Origin: Lytechinus pictus
Lineage: Eukaryota
Direction: 5' to 3'
Assembly: GCF_037042905.1 (NCBI RefSeq)
Contig: NC_087245.1
Coordinates: 16,060,001 to 16,124,000 of the forward strand
DNA: 64,000 nucleotides
Shown in pieces: positions 1 through 14,937 of the stretch (within the stretch, counting starts at the first letter, position 1; each line of letters opens with the position of its first letter). The notes beneath the pieces are model-generated. The model had not been told where the DNA came from and made no database searches. It was given only the letters and a program-made list of their open reading frames with translations. A program made the translations under genes and the position numbers.

Positions 1-1550
1 GCATCAAACAAACATCAATACTCTCCGAACTAATGCGAGTTTTTAATATATTTTTACATGAGCGTGTAGGTAATTTTATAAGCTACACTCTGAGTAAATG
101 TTATGGACATATTTTACGTCATGCTTCAGTGAGCACCGTCAGAAGGCAAAAATGTCACTTTTCAAAAGTCACAAGCCAAATATCATGACTTTGATTCCAT
201 TTTATTGGAACCAATTCCACATTCTCATCATGAAAAATAGTCAGAAGGCTTGTAAAAGGTACTTTCTAAAAGACGATACAACTTTTTTGGCTAAATTTCA
301 CGGTTGAATAAACACAAGTCCAAATTTGTTATAATTGGATTTTTTACACATTTCTATCAATTAAGATGATCGAATATGATGACAGTTATTTTTGGGAAGA
401 GTATCTTCAACAATATTCATCGTTTCACGGTTCAATGAACATTTATTGAAAACAAAAAATACGATTTACAAATATCATAGGCAAGTATTGTTTCATTTTG
501 GTAACTGAAAATGATCTTTTCTCAACTTTTTCGTTCATGACCAATTAACATGTTTCAATGATTCAAAGGCGTTTAATTAAACATTCATGCTTGAATGATT
601 ATGTGGAATGTGATTAGCTCTTTATTACGTTATTGGAAAAAATGCAATTTGTAACTATGGATATCTGCCACAAACCTCCTTGCATAGTTCATTTGATTTG
701 ATTTTTTATGAAAATTCCGATGTTTCATGCGTCGGTGAGCACACAATATTCGAAAATTATGCAAATGAGAAGAAAGTTCAAGGCCTTGGCCCCACTCTGT
801 GCCGTATCGAATTGTTATTTTGGTGTGCGCGCCTATTGGATAGTGTTACTCTGAAGCCATGTGCGAAGTTTCATGAAATAACTGTTGGCAGAAGTAACAA
901 AAACCGTCCATGAAACAAACCCTCATTTCACATTTGTTATAATTTTGACTTCCTCTCTCATAGACAATGTGTACATTATGGGTGCATTTGTTTAAGAAAA
1001 GGTAACCCCTTGTTCAATATGGTGGAACTTTTTTTCAAGGCTGTCTTTAGCAATGTCATTTGGCAGTAATGTTTATCAACCTATGGGCAGAATTCTGTGC
1101 AAAAATTAAATCGATTTGTTTATTTATGGATGAGTGAGCATGCATCAAAGTGGGAAAAGGGGTATTTTCAATGCCGCAGACTCACTTTAAAGGGTAATAA
1201 AGTGAATATTGGGGGCAAATTCGGTTTCAATGTGACTTTAATTGCAGTTGTTTTTTATCATCCATCATTTCTATCACCACACACTTTCCGAACTTTTAAA
1301 ATTTTCATGGTTGAGCGAGCACATTCAAAAACTTGGGGAATGAATACTCTTTATACTGCATAAATGTATTCTTTTCATAACAATTTTTCAGGATCAGTTT
1401 AATTTATGGTCAAATCAGTGGTGGATCCAGAATTTTGAAATGGGAGAGGGGCCTATAATCGGGGGAGCCATCAACATTTTCAAATTTTAACATGATCTAA
1501 CAAGTTGTATATGATACTACCATAAACCCTTATGATGATACGTCACAATG

Positions 1551-1710
1551 CAGGGGCCGCAGAACGGTTTTCAAAGTGGGGGTGCTGAGCCAAAAGTAGG
1601 GGGGCCGACCATGCAAAAAATCACAATCGTATGGTCATTTTTACATTTTGTACATGCTTTTGGAGAAAGTGAAGGGGGGCTTCAGCCGCCCCCCGCTTCC
1701 GCGGCCCCTG
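1551..1710. mobile_element. Small hAT-like MITE
   Basis: TIR CAGGGGCCGCAGAA ... TTCCGCGGCCCCTG around a G/C-run interior; no clean TSD seen. Confidence 0.55.
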
Positions 1711-2261
1711 CAATACATTGTGCTCACTCAACCATAAACATACGATATCAAACTTGTGGAGTGGCTAAGTGATGGATATTGAAACGGCATTAACACCATA
1801 AAATTCACCTAAAAACAACTTTTGCCCAACTCTGTATTCATGTCCAGGTATTTGCACAATCTGAAAAACGACTCTTGTGACTTTAAAAATGGTCATTTTT
1901 AATTCAATCTTTAATTACTCATGCATGACTCAACCGATCAATTTCATTTTTCCCCAGAAGTTGCTTAATAAGTGTAAAAAACCACCTACGAAATATCATA
2001 TTTCAAAATAATTCCGTTCAAAAGTTACAAATTTTAGGGGGACTTACTTTTTTGTTGTGTATAGAATAAATCAGATGGTGTGATATATACACACGAGTTA
2101 TGATTGTATTTCTCTCTTCATTGATTCGTTTATGCACTTATTTTAGTAATTGATTTACTAATATATGTTTTTGTTGATTTATTGATCGGCTCGAGTATTA
2201 ATCATTTTTCATATTTTTTGTAATTTATTTCAGATAACGAGCATTTAGATAGTACTGCCAT

Positions 2262-2732
2262 CACTGGCGTACCTAGGATTTGCCAGAATGGGGGCAATTT
2301 TTTTGGAGGATATTTCGTCCGCGAAAAAATTTGACAAGCAAAAAAAAAAAGGGAAAAAAAGGTCTTCATCAACAAATAAAGGATTTGTTACTACCAAAAA
2401 AATTGACAAAGTCTTAATCCACAAATAATGGATTTCTTACCACAAAAAAAATTGACAAGCAAACAAAACGGTCTTCATCCACAAATAAAGGATTTCTTAC
2501 CACAAAAAAATTTGACAAGTAAACAAAAAAAAAGTCTTCAAGTTCAAAAGAGGTGGTACACGTCATTTTTTATTGCATTTTTACATTACAAATTATTAAT
2601 TTGGCTTCTCAAAGGGGGGGGGGGGCACGTCCCCTGTATCAGTTGTGACTCGTCAGGGGGGCAGGGATACGTCCCCTGCATGAATTGTGACTCGTCAGGG
2701 GGGCAGTCTGCCCCCCCTTAGGTACGCTAGTG
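2262..2732. mobile_element. hAT-type MITE with 8-bp TSD
   Basis: TIR CACTGGCGTACCTA ... TAGGTACGCTAGTG; ACTGCCAT duplicated at 2254-2261 and 2733-2740; internal ~60-bp repeats. Confidence 0.85.
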
Positions 2733-3899
2733 ACTGCCATTCGTAAATCACTGTATACTGTACAGCAAATGAAATATTGGCATGTCAATATATGTAAATA
2801 TAAAATAAGAACATAAATGTCAAAAATATGACCATTAGAGTGTAAATATGGGCTCATACGTAATACATATAGGTAAGTGAATGTATGTTGAGAACATCAA
2901 GTAGTACAATTCTATTACAAATATTATATTGATACAACAGATGTTGTTGTTGTTGTTTTTTATCATGGTAGACGGGAGCATTTTTGTAGTACTAGCCAAC
3001 TGAGTAGAACTATTCGCTCTTATGTTCAAATTGATTAAAGCAAATCAGAATTAAGCATGATACATTAATATCAAAGTCATTCTCAACAGCACATGTAAAA
3101 CATGTTGCCAGACCAGATGTGCTGATACTAGCAATTTTGGGTCAGTTGCAATTAATCTGCAATCATAATCCTTTAAAGAGTTTGAAATAATAGTTATATA
3201 ACCAAAAACCCGAATCCCTCTAGGGTAAGTGCTTCATACTTCACATTATAAAATTGATTATAAGACGATTTGCTAATGTACTCAGAATGGGGCACATGTC
3301 TGTAATTTTGTGTCCAATTAAGAGTACAATATTTTTTTTATTTGCGGTATATTTATCTGATTCTCTCGCCTGATTATGATATATGTTAGAGTAATGCCAA
3401 CTTAGAACAATAGTAATACCTATAAGTGCATTTTCTAATATCAATGCAAAACTTCATTCTCACAGGTCATCTGTAATCACGTAGTCAATACCAGATCATG
3501 AATCATTTTGAAAATGCATATTTTTTTCGCTTGTTTAAATCCATGTCTTGTTGTCTTTTCAGTTTTGTCTGCTCATGAGTTATAATTCTGGCACAAGCTT
3601 ATTTTGAAGTGACCCTGAACGAGAATGATAAATTATGACTATCATAACACACATACAATGGCATTCAGTGAAATATACAATAATATTACACATTTGTGTC
3701 TACCAATTACCATATAATAATGCTTGCCTTTCGACAAATATGATTACAATTTACGATATACCATCGAGGAAGGTCTAAAATCCATGCTTTTGATTGGTCG
3801 AAATTGATTTCAGGTTAAAGGTTACAATAATGTAGTGCAGCAAACGATTTTTCATAAGAATCCTTGAATCCTTGAAAATAAAGGTTTTGAGTCCTACGA

Positions 3900-6306
3900 A
3901 ACATTTATTGATATTTTCATGAGTCATGTTAATGAAAATATTCCTTTTGCAAAGCCCAATTCCAAAAATTATATAAGATCACCCAGACTACCTTCGATAA
4001 CGAATTCAATTCTTCGTTCAATAAATAGAAAAAAATCGATTATACTATAAATGTATATCAAGATTAACTGAGAATACTCGGAGCCAATATTCTAATTATA
4101 AGAATATACTAACAGGGGTCATCCGTACTGCTAAAAAGGCATATTACCATGATCAATTTAATTAATGCAAGAATGATCTAAAACACATGGAAATTGCTCA
4201 ATTCTACCATCAATAATGGACCAAAGTTTTCAAAGATAACTAAGCTTATGCATAATGATTCTATTATTGAATATAAAGTTAAGATGGCAAATATTTTCAA
4301 AAATTAATTTCCCAGGTTGGATTTAACCTCGCTAGAAGTATACCAACAAACTCCCATTTATTCAAATTTCTATGTTTTTCTCTCATATGAACGCACAGGA
4401 GATAATCAAAATTATATCTAGCCTAAAATCAAATAAAAGTGCAGGATTTGATAACATTGATAACATCCTTTTACAGAAAACTATGAATTATATGATTGAC
4501 CCTCTTATTTATATATTCAATTTGTCATTATCATCGGGAAATATTCTAAAATCAATGAAAAGATAATATCAGTCTTAAAAAAGGGGTGATAGTTCTTTAG
4601 CAAGTAACTACAGACCCATTTCATTGCTTACAAACTTATCTAAAATTCGTTAAAAAGTGGTTCACATACGAACGAGTTGTTTTTTTAAGCACAACATCCT
4701 TTCCGATACTCAATTTGGTTTCCGGGAAAGAGTAGGACTTCCCAAACAATAATTTCTTTAGTTCAAACAGTTGCCAAAGCTTATGACAAGTCTTCGAATA
4801 CTATTGGTTTGTTTTTAGATTTTTCAAAAGCATTCGATACAGTTGATCATAACATTTTCCTTTATAAACTTTCTCATTATGGAATTAGAGGGGAACCGCT
4901 AAAGTGGTTCAAGAATTATCTAACCGGGCGTTCATAGTTCGTTTCACCTGATTGAAATAAAACCTGTCCTTTCTGGAGTTCCACAGGGCAGCATTCTTGG
5001 CCCACTTTTGTTCATTACTTATATAAATGAGTTTGATATGTCATCTAGATTGCTTCAATTTATACTTTTCGCTGATGACTCTAATATATTTCTGTCGCAC
5101 CCCGACCCAGAGCAATCGACGCAAATGTTCAATGACGAACTAGAAAATGTTTTTAATTGGATAACAGCTAACAAACTCTCTCTTTACCTAGAAAAAACTA
5201 GCTACATGCTATTTAGCAACAAGATTACGAATGTACCAAAATATGTCATTTTAAATGATACTGTCATTGAAATAGTGCGATCTACTAATTTTTTGGGACT
5301 GATCATTGATGAAAAACGTTATTGAAACATATTGAAAATATTTGTAAAATCATTGCTCGCAACATTGGCGTCATTAGAAAATTAAGTCACTTCTTACCAC
5401 ATTATATTTTGTTATCATTATATTCAACGTTAATTTTACCTTACTTGAATTATGGACTTGTTGCATGGGGTAACGCAGCGAATTCTCAAATTAATAGACT
5501 TTTTATATTACATAAAAGAGTGATTCGTATTATTAGTAATCCAGAAATCAGGGCACATATAAATATTCTGTTTTTGAGAAATAAAGTCTTGAAGGTTAAA
5601 GATTTATATTCTTTTCCACTCCAACAGTTAATGTGCAAGTTTATTAATATACAATTACCATTACCTTTTAATGATATATTTGTAAAAAATAATACAATTC
5701 ATAAGCACTTCACTCGCCAGGCGAGTTCCTTTTATTTACGTCTGAATAGAACATCGTTTGCACAGAAGACATTTGTTTTTTCTGGTCCAAAATGGTCCAA
5801 AGTGGAATTCTTTTTCAAAGGATATTATACAATGAATTCAATACAAAATTTCAAAGGAAAATCTAAAAAATATATTCTGAATTCATATTAGATTATCGCT
5901 TTTCCCAAAGTAATGTAATTCAGAACATAATATGTAAACGAGTTTATTAGTTTCTCTTTGTATATATGTTTAATCGTTTTATGATTTCTGTATACAAGTG
6001 TATAATGAATCATTTATCTTTTATTAATTAATTTATTTTTATCGTTATTTGTTTATTTTTTATTCATTATATATGTTTTGGTTTGTTTATTTCTTTATTT
6101 CATCTTACTTTTAATTCATAAAATTTACTTATAAAAGGGGCCTTCACCCTACAAGCTCTGCTTTTCAGTTGGTCTCCTTCCCTTTCAATTTCATGGTATT
6201 ATTGTATTATAAAAATTGATTTAAATGTTATATTTTGTAAATATGTATATTGAACTATCAATTGTAAATGTAAAAAGATTGAAAGAGGAAATAAATGAAT
6301 TGAATC
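3900..6306 (+). pseudogene. Degraded, 5'-truncated non-LTR retrotransposon (CR1/L2 group): ORF2 reverse transcriptase plus 3' UTR
   Basis: Broken frames encode KSAGFDNI, NYRPISLL, FLDFSKAFDTVDH, GVPQGSILGPLLF, LFADDS and LILPYLNYGLVAWG with stops and frameshifts; short TGAAT-type tail near 6296-6306. Confidence 0.9.
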
Positions 6307-7737
6307 ATAGATCTAGATCTTGTACTTTGGTGTAAACTTATATTGCGAAATCGTGAAATCTTGGCTGAAACCCGATCATTCTGATGATCTTTATCACAGA
6401 AAAGCATATTCCATGAGGAATCCAGTCTAATTCTTTACTATAGGAAGAATAATTAAAAGAAAAATGATTTCTTATGTATGAAAAAATGGAGGGTGTGAGA
6501 CGTCATCGGATCCCTTATTTGCGTAACACCGGTGACATGCACATCACTGTGAACTAGCGAAACTTTAAAATGTCATAACTTTCCCTTTTTAATCCGATTT
6601 CGATGTTACCTGAGTGCCATGCTTGTTTAGTCTTTATATATGTATATATAGATTACTTCTGTGTTAAAGTTATAAAAGTTCGATATCAAATCTATTTATT
6701 TATTTTTATTTATTTTATTTCCATGCAAAAGAAAACAAGAATATGTACAATAGGAATAAATTACCACCGACTAGTGCCTGAGGATGACTAAAAGATGTGC
6801 ATTTGCGATGCTTAGTCCAATTCGAACACAATATTCGGTATTCAATTTTTAAAAGTAAGAAGAAATTGTGAAAATAAGAAGAAATTTTTCAGCTATAGCT
6901 TATTATTCAACCCAAGTGAAAATCCCATTATAATTCATTGAAAATATAAATACAAAATATTATACGCTTTGAACTAGTTCGAAAAGCAAGGGAAACCATA
7001 AAATAAATTACTCATATCAGCATAAAATCTTTTCATGCTGTTTGGAGGTTCTGTAGATAAAAGCAATGGTATAAAGCATTTAAAACTCTATTTGAATTAA
7101 CTGAAGAGCAGTAAATTATTTGTACCCTACCTTTTAGCTTGTTTAGAAAATGAAATGAAAAAGAAATTGCTGACCTTTGAGTTTATCAAATAAATACAGC
7201 ATTAAACGATAGGAAGCAAAAGAAATGAAACTAATGGATATGCACAAGGGTAATCGGCTTAGCATTACATAGTCATCACTCCAAAATATCAGACAAGTTA
7301 ACGTTTGATATCCGATTATACACGAGGATGAACTATGTTACGCCAGTAGGTTGTCAAAATGGATCAGATGCTAACATCTTAATATATGACGGTCTCTTAA
7401 TTCATAAATCTAAAAAGCAAAAAAGTGGTTTCACTACAAAATGAAGGTCATTTTGGTTATATTTTTCCATTTCTACACACCTTCCAGAATACCTGGGATT
7501 GCTGTCTATAATCATAGGTCCATGCTATAATACACGCAGCACCTCCAAATAAAATCTTGGGGCGCTTCAGCATCCCCATCACCCCCTCCCCCTTTCAGAA
7601 CCATGCGAAGCTGAATGATCAATTATTAATCGAAGTAAATAAATTAGGTATAAAAAATTTGAATGATAAGTGAATAAATTAGTTTGATATGCTTTTTCAC
7701 TTTGGTGTGATATAAATCGTACAGTCTACATTGCAGG

Positions 7738-7927
7738 GATTTAAAATAAATCCAGATGGAATGTAGTTAGGGACCAATCGAACTCTGGATTTATTTTCGA
7801 TCATAAAGATTCATTTTTAAATCTCAAGGGATTTGAATTTGAATCCTTTGAGGTTTAACAACGAAACTTTATAAATCCTGAGTTTGATTTATCCCTAACT
7901 ACACTCCACCTGGATTTATTTCAAATC
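7738..7927. mobile_element. Fold-back MITE
   Basis: ~58-bp imperfect inverted arms: GATTTAAAATAAATCCAGATGGAATGTAGTTAGGGA vs TCCCTAACTACACTCCACCTGGATTTATTTCAAATC. Confidence 0.6.
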
Positions 7928-10900
7928 AATTCAATATAGAGTGTGTATTCCATTCAAACAGTTGTATTCGATCTACAATTTAATGAGCGGCGATAGGATG
8001 ATTATTCTCTCCCTTTTCACTGTAATGAAGGATAACGAAAAACAAGTAAAACACATAGTACCCCCTTTTCCGCATTTTGTTTTTATTTTTTGTATGTGTG
8101 TGTAAATTATGTAGCGAAACTAAGTTTAGGGGCTTACCTTTCATACAAGCTTTGCTCTTTTGGCAAGCCCCTCCGTTTTACTTTAAATTACGAAAATCAT
8201 CTAAACAAGCTTAATGTATTTAACTGTGTTCATCAAATCTACAATTATGTTATACATTATATTTTTTTTGTAATATCACTTTGTTTTCTTAGGTTCATTA
8301 TATTATGTACAACATTGTGAAATGGAAACCAATAAATTGAAATAAAACGAAATGAAATTTTGGACTGAGTACTCTGTTGCGTTCGATACAAACTAAATGT
8401 CCTCGCGTAATGTGTTTTATCTGAGGGCAATACTGTATAATCACAACATCGTGCTTACTGAATTGATAACGATCGATTGAAATGTTTTCTTTGAAACAAA
8501 AACACTGACAACAAAAGGCCAATTACTTACTATTGAAATGTATTCTTCTATGGCGACAAAGGGCAAATTTATTATGAAACGTATTTTTTCGATATCAACA
8601 AATGTCAATTACTTATGAAATGTATACATCGATAACGATAAAGGGCCGATTACATAAGCTCCTATGATTTTATTATAATATATAAAAAGTTATGTTGCAC
8701 TCTAAATTGAAATACTTATTCGTGCTTATATCACTGACCTCATATCTGTCTATGGGTGAATTAAGCACGAACTTTACGTATATTTATAAAAAAAATTTCA
8801 GCTAAACATTTTGCCAGGGCATTGAAAACTCTAAATTATTCAATTATATGATCATGAAATACAAATTTATCAAATCATGTTATTCATTACTTTCACACAA
8901 GTTAAGTAACGTTTACAATGCATGAAAAATATTGAAATGTCAGGAAGTTTGAAGTTATGTCAAATTGTTAGTGTTCATGTTTTGTCACGTTTCATTCGAG
9001 GTTACCTTTTTTACATGAATGTCTGCTTCGAACAAAGTATGGAATATGGAATACTAGAAGTTGGTAAGGGATAAAAGAAGAAAGAAATAAAAAGTAGTGA
9101 TATTGACATTGCATGGGTACTAGGCGGAATGGTAATGTAGACATGGGCGACACCGGGTATTTCGCTATAGGGATGGCAACACGTGAACACGACCTATAAG
9201 TCTTTGATTTAATGACTGTGTTAAAGGTCTGATACCTATCTTACTAAGCTTTCCTTTCTCCTTTATTCCGTCTATTCCCATTTTTATTCCTTTTTATCAT
9301 CAATTTTGTGGTTATTTTTGCAGTACTTGACAAATCATATGATAAGGGTACTCGCCCCCCCCCCCCAACCATCCCTGCAGAGCCGCCCGTGGTTTAGGCA
9401 AATTGAGAGTCATTGACTAAACAGTGCACTATAAAAGGTTGGAGATTAGAGGAGTGATTACTGTTGCATGTACGACTTTAAATGTTACGACCCATTACTT
9501 AAATTTTGGGATTTAGGGATATAGCATTATGCAAGGTTGGATATAGAAAGATATTTGACATCAACTGCTTTCCATGGTTGAAAAAGATGTGATCATTTAC
9601 AACTTGTGTAATATCAAGGGTTAAAATAGATTAACCAAATATCAATTATTAAAAGCCATTGGTGTCTCCGTTTTTCATTCAGAGAGGAGTACCACTCCAT
9701 CCCTAAAAAATCCCAGTCATTTATTTCTTGACTTACATGCATCTATTTATTCAATTTGTTTAAATCTATGTCCTTATTTATTATTTATTAATGAACATTC
9801 TTGTTCGTTTCTTTATTTTGTATCTATGTGTTTATTCATTTACTAATCTATCGATCAGTTTCATCTTTCTAATAAATTTCCTTCCCAGACGTGATTTTGT
9901 TTTGTTTTGCTTGTTTGTTTTCATTTATTGATTTTTTTTAATTTTCTTATGATATTTTTTTTCTCAAAATATTAGTTCCCACGAATGCGAATTTAATTTT
10001 CATGGTTATTCTTCTTTATAACAGGATTTGCAGATATAAACTATCCGTAGTACCGGCCCACTCTCCAATTTCCATTACTGTGAATTCGATACTCTTCTAA
10101 TATCTGAGTACGTTTTGCAAATAAACCAATTATCTTTTATCCGTCCATGATCGATGTCCTATTGCTCACATGAATCAATAATAATAATTTAATTACGATG
10201 CGTGGGCAACCAAATTCGATAGTTCGCTGGAAATTCGATGATGAAATTTGTCCTCTGGTCCTTTCATCCTAACACTCCATGGGTGAAAATAAAGCGAGGA
10301 CATCATACATAATAAATTAGATGGTACATAAACGTTTCCCGTCGCCAAGCAGAGTAGGAACGAAATATATGAGTTAGAACATAGTGTGAGATAACTGACA
10401 CAGAGTGCTGAAGACATTTTCCCACGAGTTTTGCTGAACATTAACGGACGCAAAGATCCCCAGTGCAGAGAAGGGTATGTATCACACATTTCATCAATTT
10501 CGTAAGCTCAGGGAGTTTCCGTGTTTATTGACGATATTTTGGTTGAAAATTACAACTTACTTAACGTGTCCATGCAATTGTCTACAATGCCATTTGCGGA
10601 ACTCTAAAAGGGGTAAGGGCTTACAATTTGGGGATGGGGAAATTTGTAAAAACTTCACAAATAACACGAATTTCACAAATTACACGATCATAGAGTTGCG
10701 GCAACCATTTTCTGTAGGGAACCCTTGAAATTGTACAATAATCGTATAAAGTCGGATAATTTCTCCCTGTATGGAACTGATACGAGCGCGAAACGCAAGC
10801 TGAATATTTTCTTTAAAATTTCAGATACTCAAACAGGAAAACAGAATATTTCTATATAGGGTTTTTAATATCATGGGCAAGATGTGAATCTAACTAAAAC

Positions 10901-11045
10901 AGTTAATTCCAGCACGAAGTGCGAACTCATTTTTTTTTATTCAGACCTTGTTTTTATAAAGCATAGTTTTGTAATAATGAACATGATCCGTATCTTACAT
11001 AACAAATAAGGCGAGCGTGAAGCGAGATCTGATTTCCTTAATTAA

Positions 11046-14000
11046 TAGTCCAGGATAGGCCCCATATGAAACTGACCAAACCTTGTTTTTTTCATATATA
11101 CAATATTTTATTAGGTTTCTTGTCAATTCGAGGGTGCTGATTACGAATCTGAATGATGCCACTCGTGTAACCTTGAGCATTTTCTGCAAATTGGCAAAAT
11201 CCAATATGGCCGCCAAAATATGCAAAATACCCATTAAAATCATAAAATTGCCCGCACATTGGTTATAAAATGTATTTGTGTTGCAGGGGTGAAATACTCT
11301 CTGAATAAAAACGATTTTTGACCAACAAAAATATTTTCTAGATATTCAAAATGGCCGCCATAAACCCCTGTATACTATATTATGTACAATATGAATGGGG
11401 AAAACTTAATTTCACAAAAAATTAGCACTAAATGCAAGTAATTGTGATTTTTAGTGAAATAATGGATGAAAACATGATTGCTAACGAAATGTATCATTAA
11501 GTTATGTCATGTATGTAATAAATGAAGCATTTCAATATTCATTTTCAAAAAGCCACCAAATGCCCTGACAGTATTGTGTACAATGTAAATGGGGACAAAA
11601 GAAAATCACAAGGGTGAGTACTAAAATGCATATTACTAGTATTAAGATAAGCGAGAGGAATACTGGCTAAAAACATAATTTTTAACGAAATACAAATGCA
11701 ATTTATGTGATAAATGCTGTATTTTTACATTCAAAATGGCTGCCATAGGCCCATTATACATTATGTACAATGCGATTGGAGAAATTAATTTTCACAAGAG
11801 TAAGAGCTGTGAAATGCATGTAATTGTGATCACCGAGTAAAATAATGTCTGAAAACATGTTTTCTAGCGAAACATATAATTTATTTTGTTATGCATGAGA
11901 TAAATGCTGTATTGTGAAATTCAAAATGGCCCCTATTTGCCCTAAGAGTATTATCTACAATGTAAATGGGGACATGTAATTTTGTAAGAATTTGGATTTA
12001 CTTGACTATGAAATCCATAAAGTCCTGTTGTATGATAAAAAATTATTTGAAAACATCATTTTTATGAAATATAGCATTTCTTCTGCCATGTAAGTGATAA
12101 ATACTGTATTTTGACATTCAAGCTGATAGCTGATACAAGCCCTAACTAAATGATGTTACATGCGTACAGGGAATTTACTTTTTACAAGAGTGAGTGAGAA
12201 TCCTAAAAAGCATGTAGGACTCTTGTCAGTTTTCATGTTTTTTTTCTGCTTACAACCAATATTAAATTTCAATTCACTTTTCTTGTATCTTCTATTAATT
12301 TACCTCAAAAACCGGAATAAAAAATAAAGTTATATTCAAAAGGATATAAAATAAACGGGGCACACCCCACACCATTAGTTGGGGGAGGTTAAATCTTAAT
12401 TATTTCTTATAATAATAAAATAGAGTTTTCTATAAAACCACACTGACACAACAAAAAATATTTTGTTTGTTTTCTTGAAACTGTAGTGAAATGAAATTCA
12501 CTGTCGAACCATATGATTAAAAATAAGTAACCTTTTTTTTACTCTGTTTTGTCAATCTGAGACACTATACCCCCCAAAAAAAATTAAATGTACTGCCTAT
12601 CAACATATTAACTGATTTAGCAGTATATTCTGCCAAACCAGCCTCCCCCTTCTCTCTATCTCTCTTCCAATGCCTCTGTCTTGCCTGTTGTGTTCAAGTT
12701 TACCAAATCTTTTCAGAATATCATTAAGACTCAAAACATTCTTGTTGGTCAAAGATAATACAAGGAAAATCCTAATGGAATAGAAATCAACCTTGTTATC
12801 ATTCTTTAGAGTTACATGAAGCTATTCTTAAAGTATGAAAATTGTTGTCAAAATTGCAGTCAGATCTGTCAGAATTATTCCTGTCATAAAATCACTATAA
12901 TCTTCATCATTATCATTATTATTAATTTTGCCATTATCATCATTTTTAAACAACATATTACCAATGTTATTTTTCATCATTTTGTTGTCTTTGTTACTTA
13001 ATTATGTGATGATAATTCTTGATAATTAAAATTGATTGCACTGCTAAGTACACTTACTACTGCTGCTGCTACTGCTACTGCTGACTGGTAGTATTGACCA
13101 TTAGTTCCATTAGATATACAGAACAATTTAAACATTTTTAACTACTCATATAAAAACAAATGAAAGTACAAAATATAAAATGCCTTGAAAAAGCCTTGAA
13201 AATGCCTTGAAATTTCAAGGCTCAAAATCCTCCAGGCCAAGGCCCGCTCAAGGCCAAGACTTGAATGTTCAAGGCCATGGCTTTGACAAAGTAGGCCTTA
13301 AGGCCAAGGCCGAGCATCAAGGCACTACAACACTGGAGTAAACATATTGTCTTAAACGTGATTTCTAAATAAATACATCACATATTGGTCATGGAGGTAA
13401 TAAATGCTGAACTTTGAAATTCAAAATGGCTGCCATAGGTCCTAAAAGTGTTATGTACATTGTAATTTGGGACATATAATTTTGACAGAATTTGGCTTTG
13501 CTTGACTATAGGCATTGCATATAACTTTGATGCAAGAGTGAAATGTTGTCTAAAACCATGTATCCTAACGAGGTATATCATATCTGGTACATTTAAGGTG
13601 ATAAATTCTGCATTATGAAATGGAAAATGGCCGACATGGACCTTTATTGTATTATTTACAATTTGAATGTTTGGCCTGTAACGGCCATTTTGACTTTCAA
13701 AATACAGTATTAATCACATACCTGGCATAAGAACTGATATATCCTGTTAGAAATTATGCTTTCAGACAATATTTTACCCATAGATCACAAATATACGTGC
13801 ATTTATGGTGCTCACTCGTGTGAAAATTTATTTCCTAGTTCGCATTGTACATAATTCACTCAATGTCTATGGCGGCCATTTTGAAAGTCAAAATACAGTA
13901 TTAAACATAAAATTTTAACCTGAATGATATATTTTGTTAAAAATTCTGTTTTTTAGACAGTATCCCATTTATTCATCACAAATAAATGCATTTCAGTGCT

Positions 14001-14753
14001 CACTCTTATGATTTCTTTGGTTCTCTTTCTCATTGTACATAATACTGTTAGGGCCTTTGGCGGCCATTTTGAATATTAAATACAACAATTTTCCCATAAA
14101 TGACATAATAAATGATATATCAAGTTAGCACTGATGATTTTCATATATTACTTCGTCTATATATTACAATTACTTGCAGTTTAGCGATCCTTTTTGTGAA
14201 AAACTAATTTTCCCTATTCATATTGTACATGTACATAATAGGGTATACAGAGGTTTGTGGCGGCCATTTTGAATATCAAGAAATAAATATTTTGTCAAAA
14301 AATGTTTTTTTTTCAGAGAGTATTTCACTCCTGCAATACAATTACATATATTTTATAGGCAATTTTATGATTTTCATGGGTAATATGTATATTTTGGCGG
14401 CCATATTGGCTTTTGCCAATTTTCGGAAAATGCTCAATGTTACACGAGTGGCATCATCAGGATTTGTAATCAGCAACCATAAAAAAATATTGTATATATG
14501 AAAAAACATTTTGTCAAAAAATGTTTTTTTTCAGAGAGTATTTCACTCCTGCAATACAATTACATATATTTTATAGGCAATTTTATGATTTTCATGGGTA
14601 ATATGCATATTTTGGCGGCCTTATTGGATTTTGCCAATTTTCGGAAAATGCTCAATGTTACACGAGTGGCATCATCAGAATTTGTAATCAGCAACCATCA
14701 AAAAATATTGTATATATGAAAAAACAAGGTTATGCCTCTTCTATCCTGGACTA
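11046..14753. mobile_element. Non-autonomous DNA transposon with long TIRs, Academ-like
   Basis: Ends TAGTCCAGGATAG ... CTATCCTGGACTA; TAA on both sides (11043-45, 14754-56); several hundred bp of imperfect TIR; ~180-bp internal units carrying AAAATGGCCGCC; no transposase ORF. Confidence 0.75.
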
Positions 14754-14937
14754 TAATAATTAGCCAAAAAGTGAATGTTTTAAGTATTTTTTATTATGTA
14801 GGAAATAATGAACAATAATGCGAGCGAGAAGCGTGATGTGAACTATTTTATATTTATTGAAAGAATATAGCAATGATTGTATGAAGGAACTCATGTTGAT
14901 GATACATAACTCATTAATCAATAATACGAGCATGAGG

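Noticed and set aside
780..806. CCCACTCTGTG as a Transib/RSS-like right end
   Set aside because: The partner end and TSD are not visible in the window; too short to support.
2960..3160. Degenerate Ly6-like exon on the minus strand
   Set aside because: Needs frameshifts and stop read-through to recover a cysteine pattern; not distinguishable from chance.
10193..10489. 98-aa minus-strand ORF
   Set aside because: No domain motif and no partner exons found.
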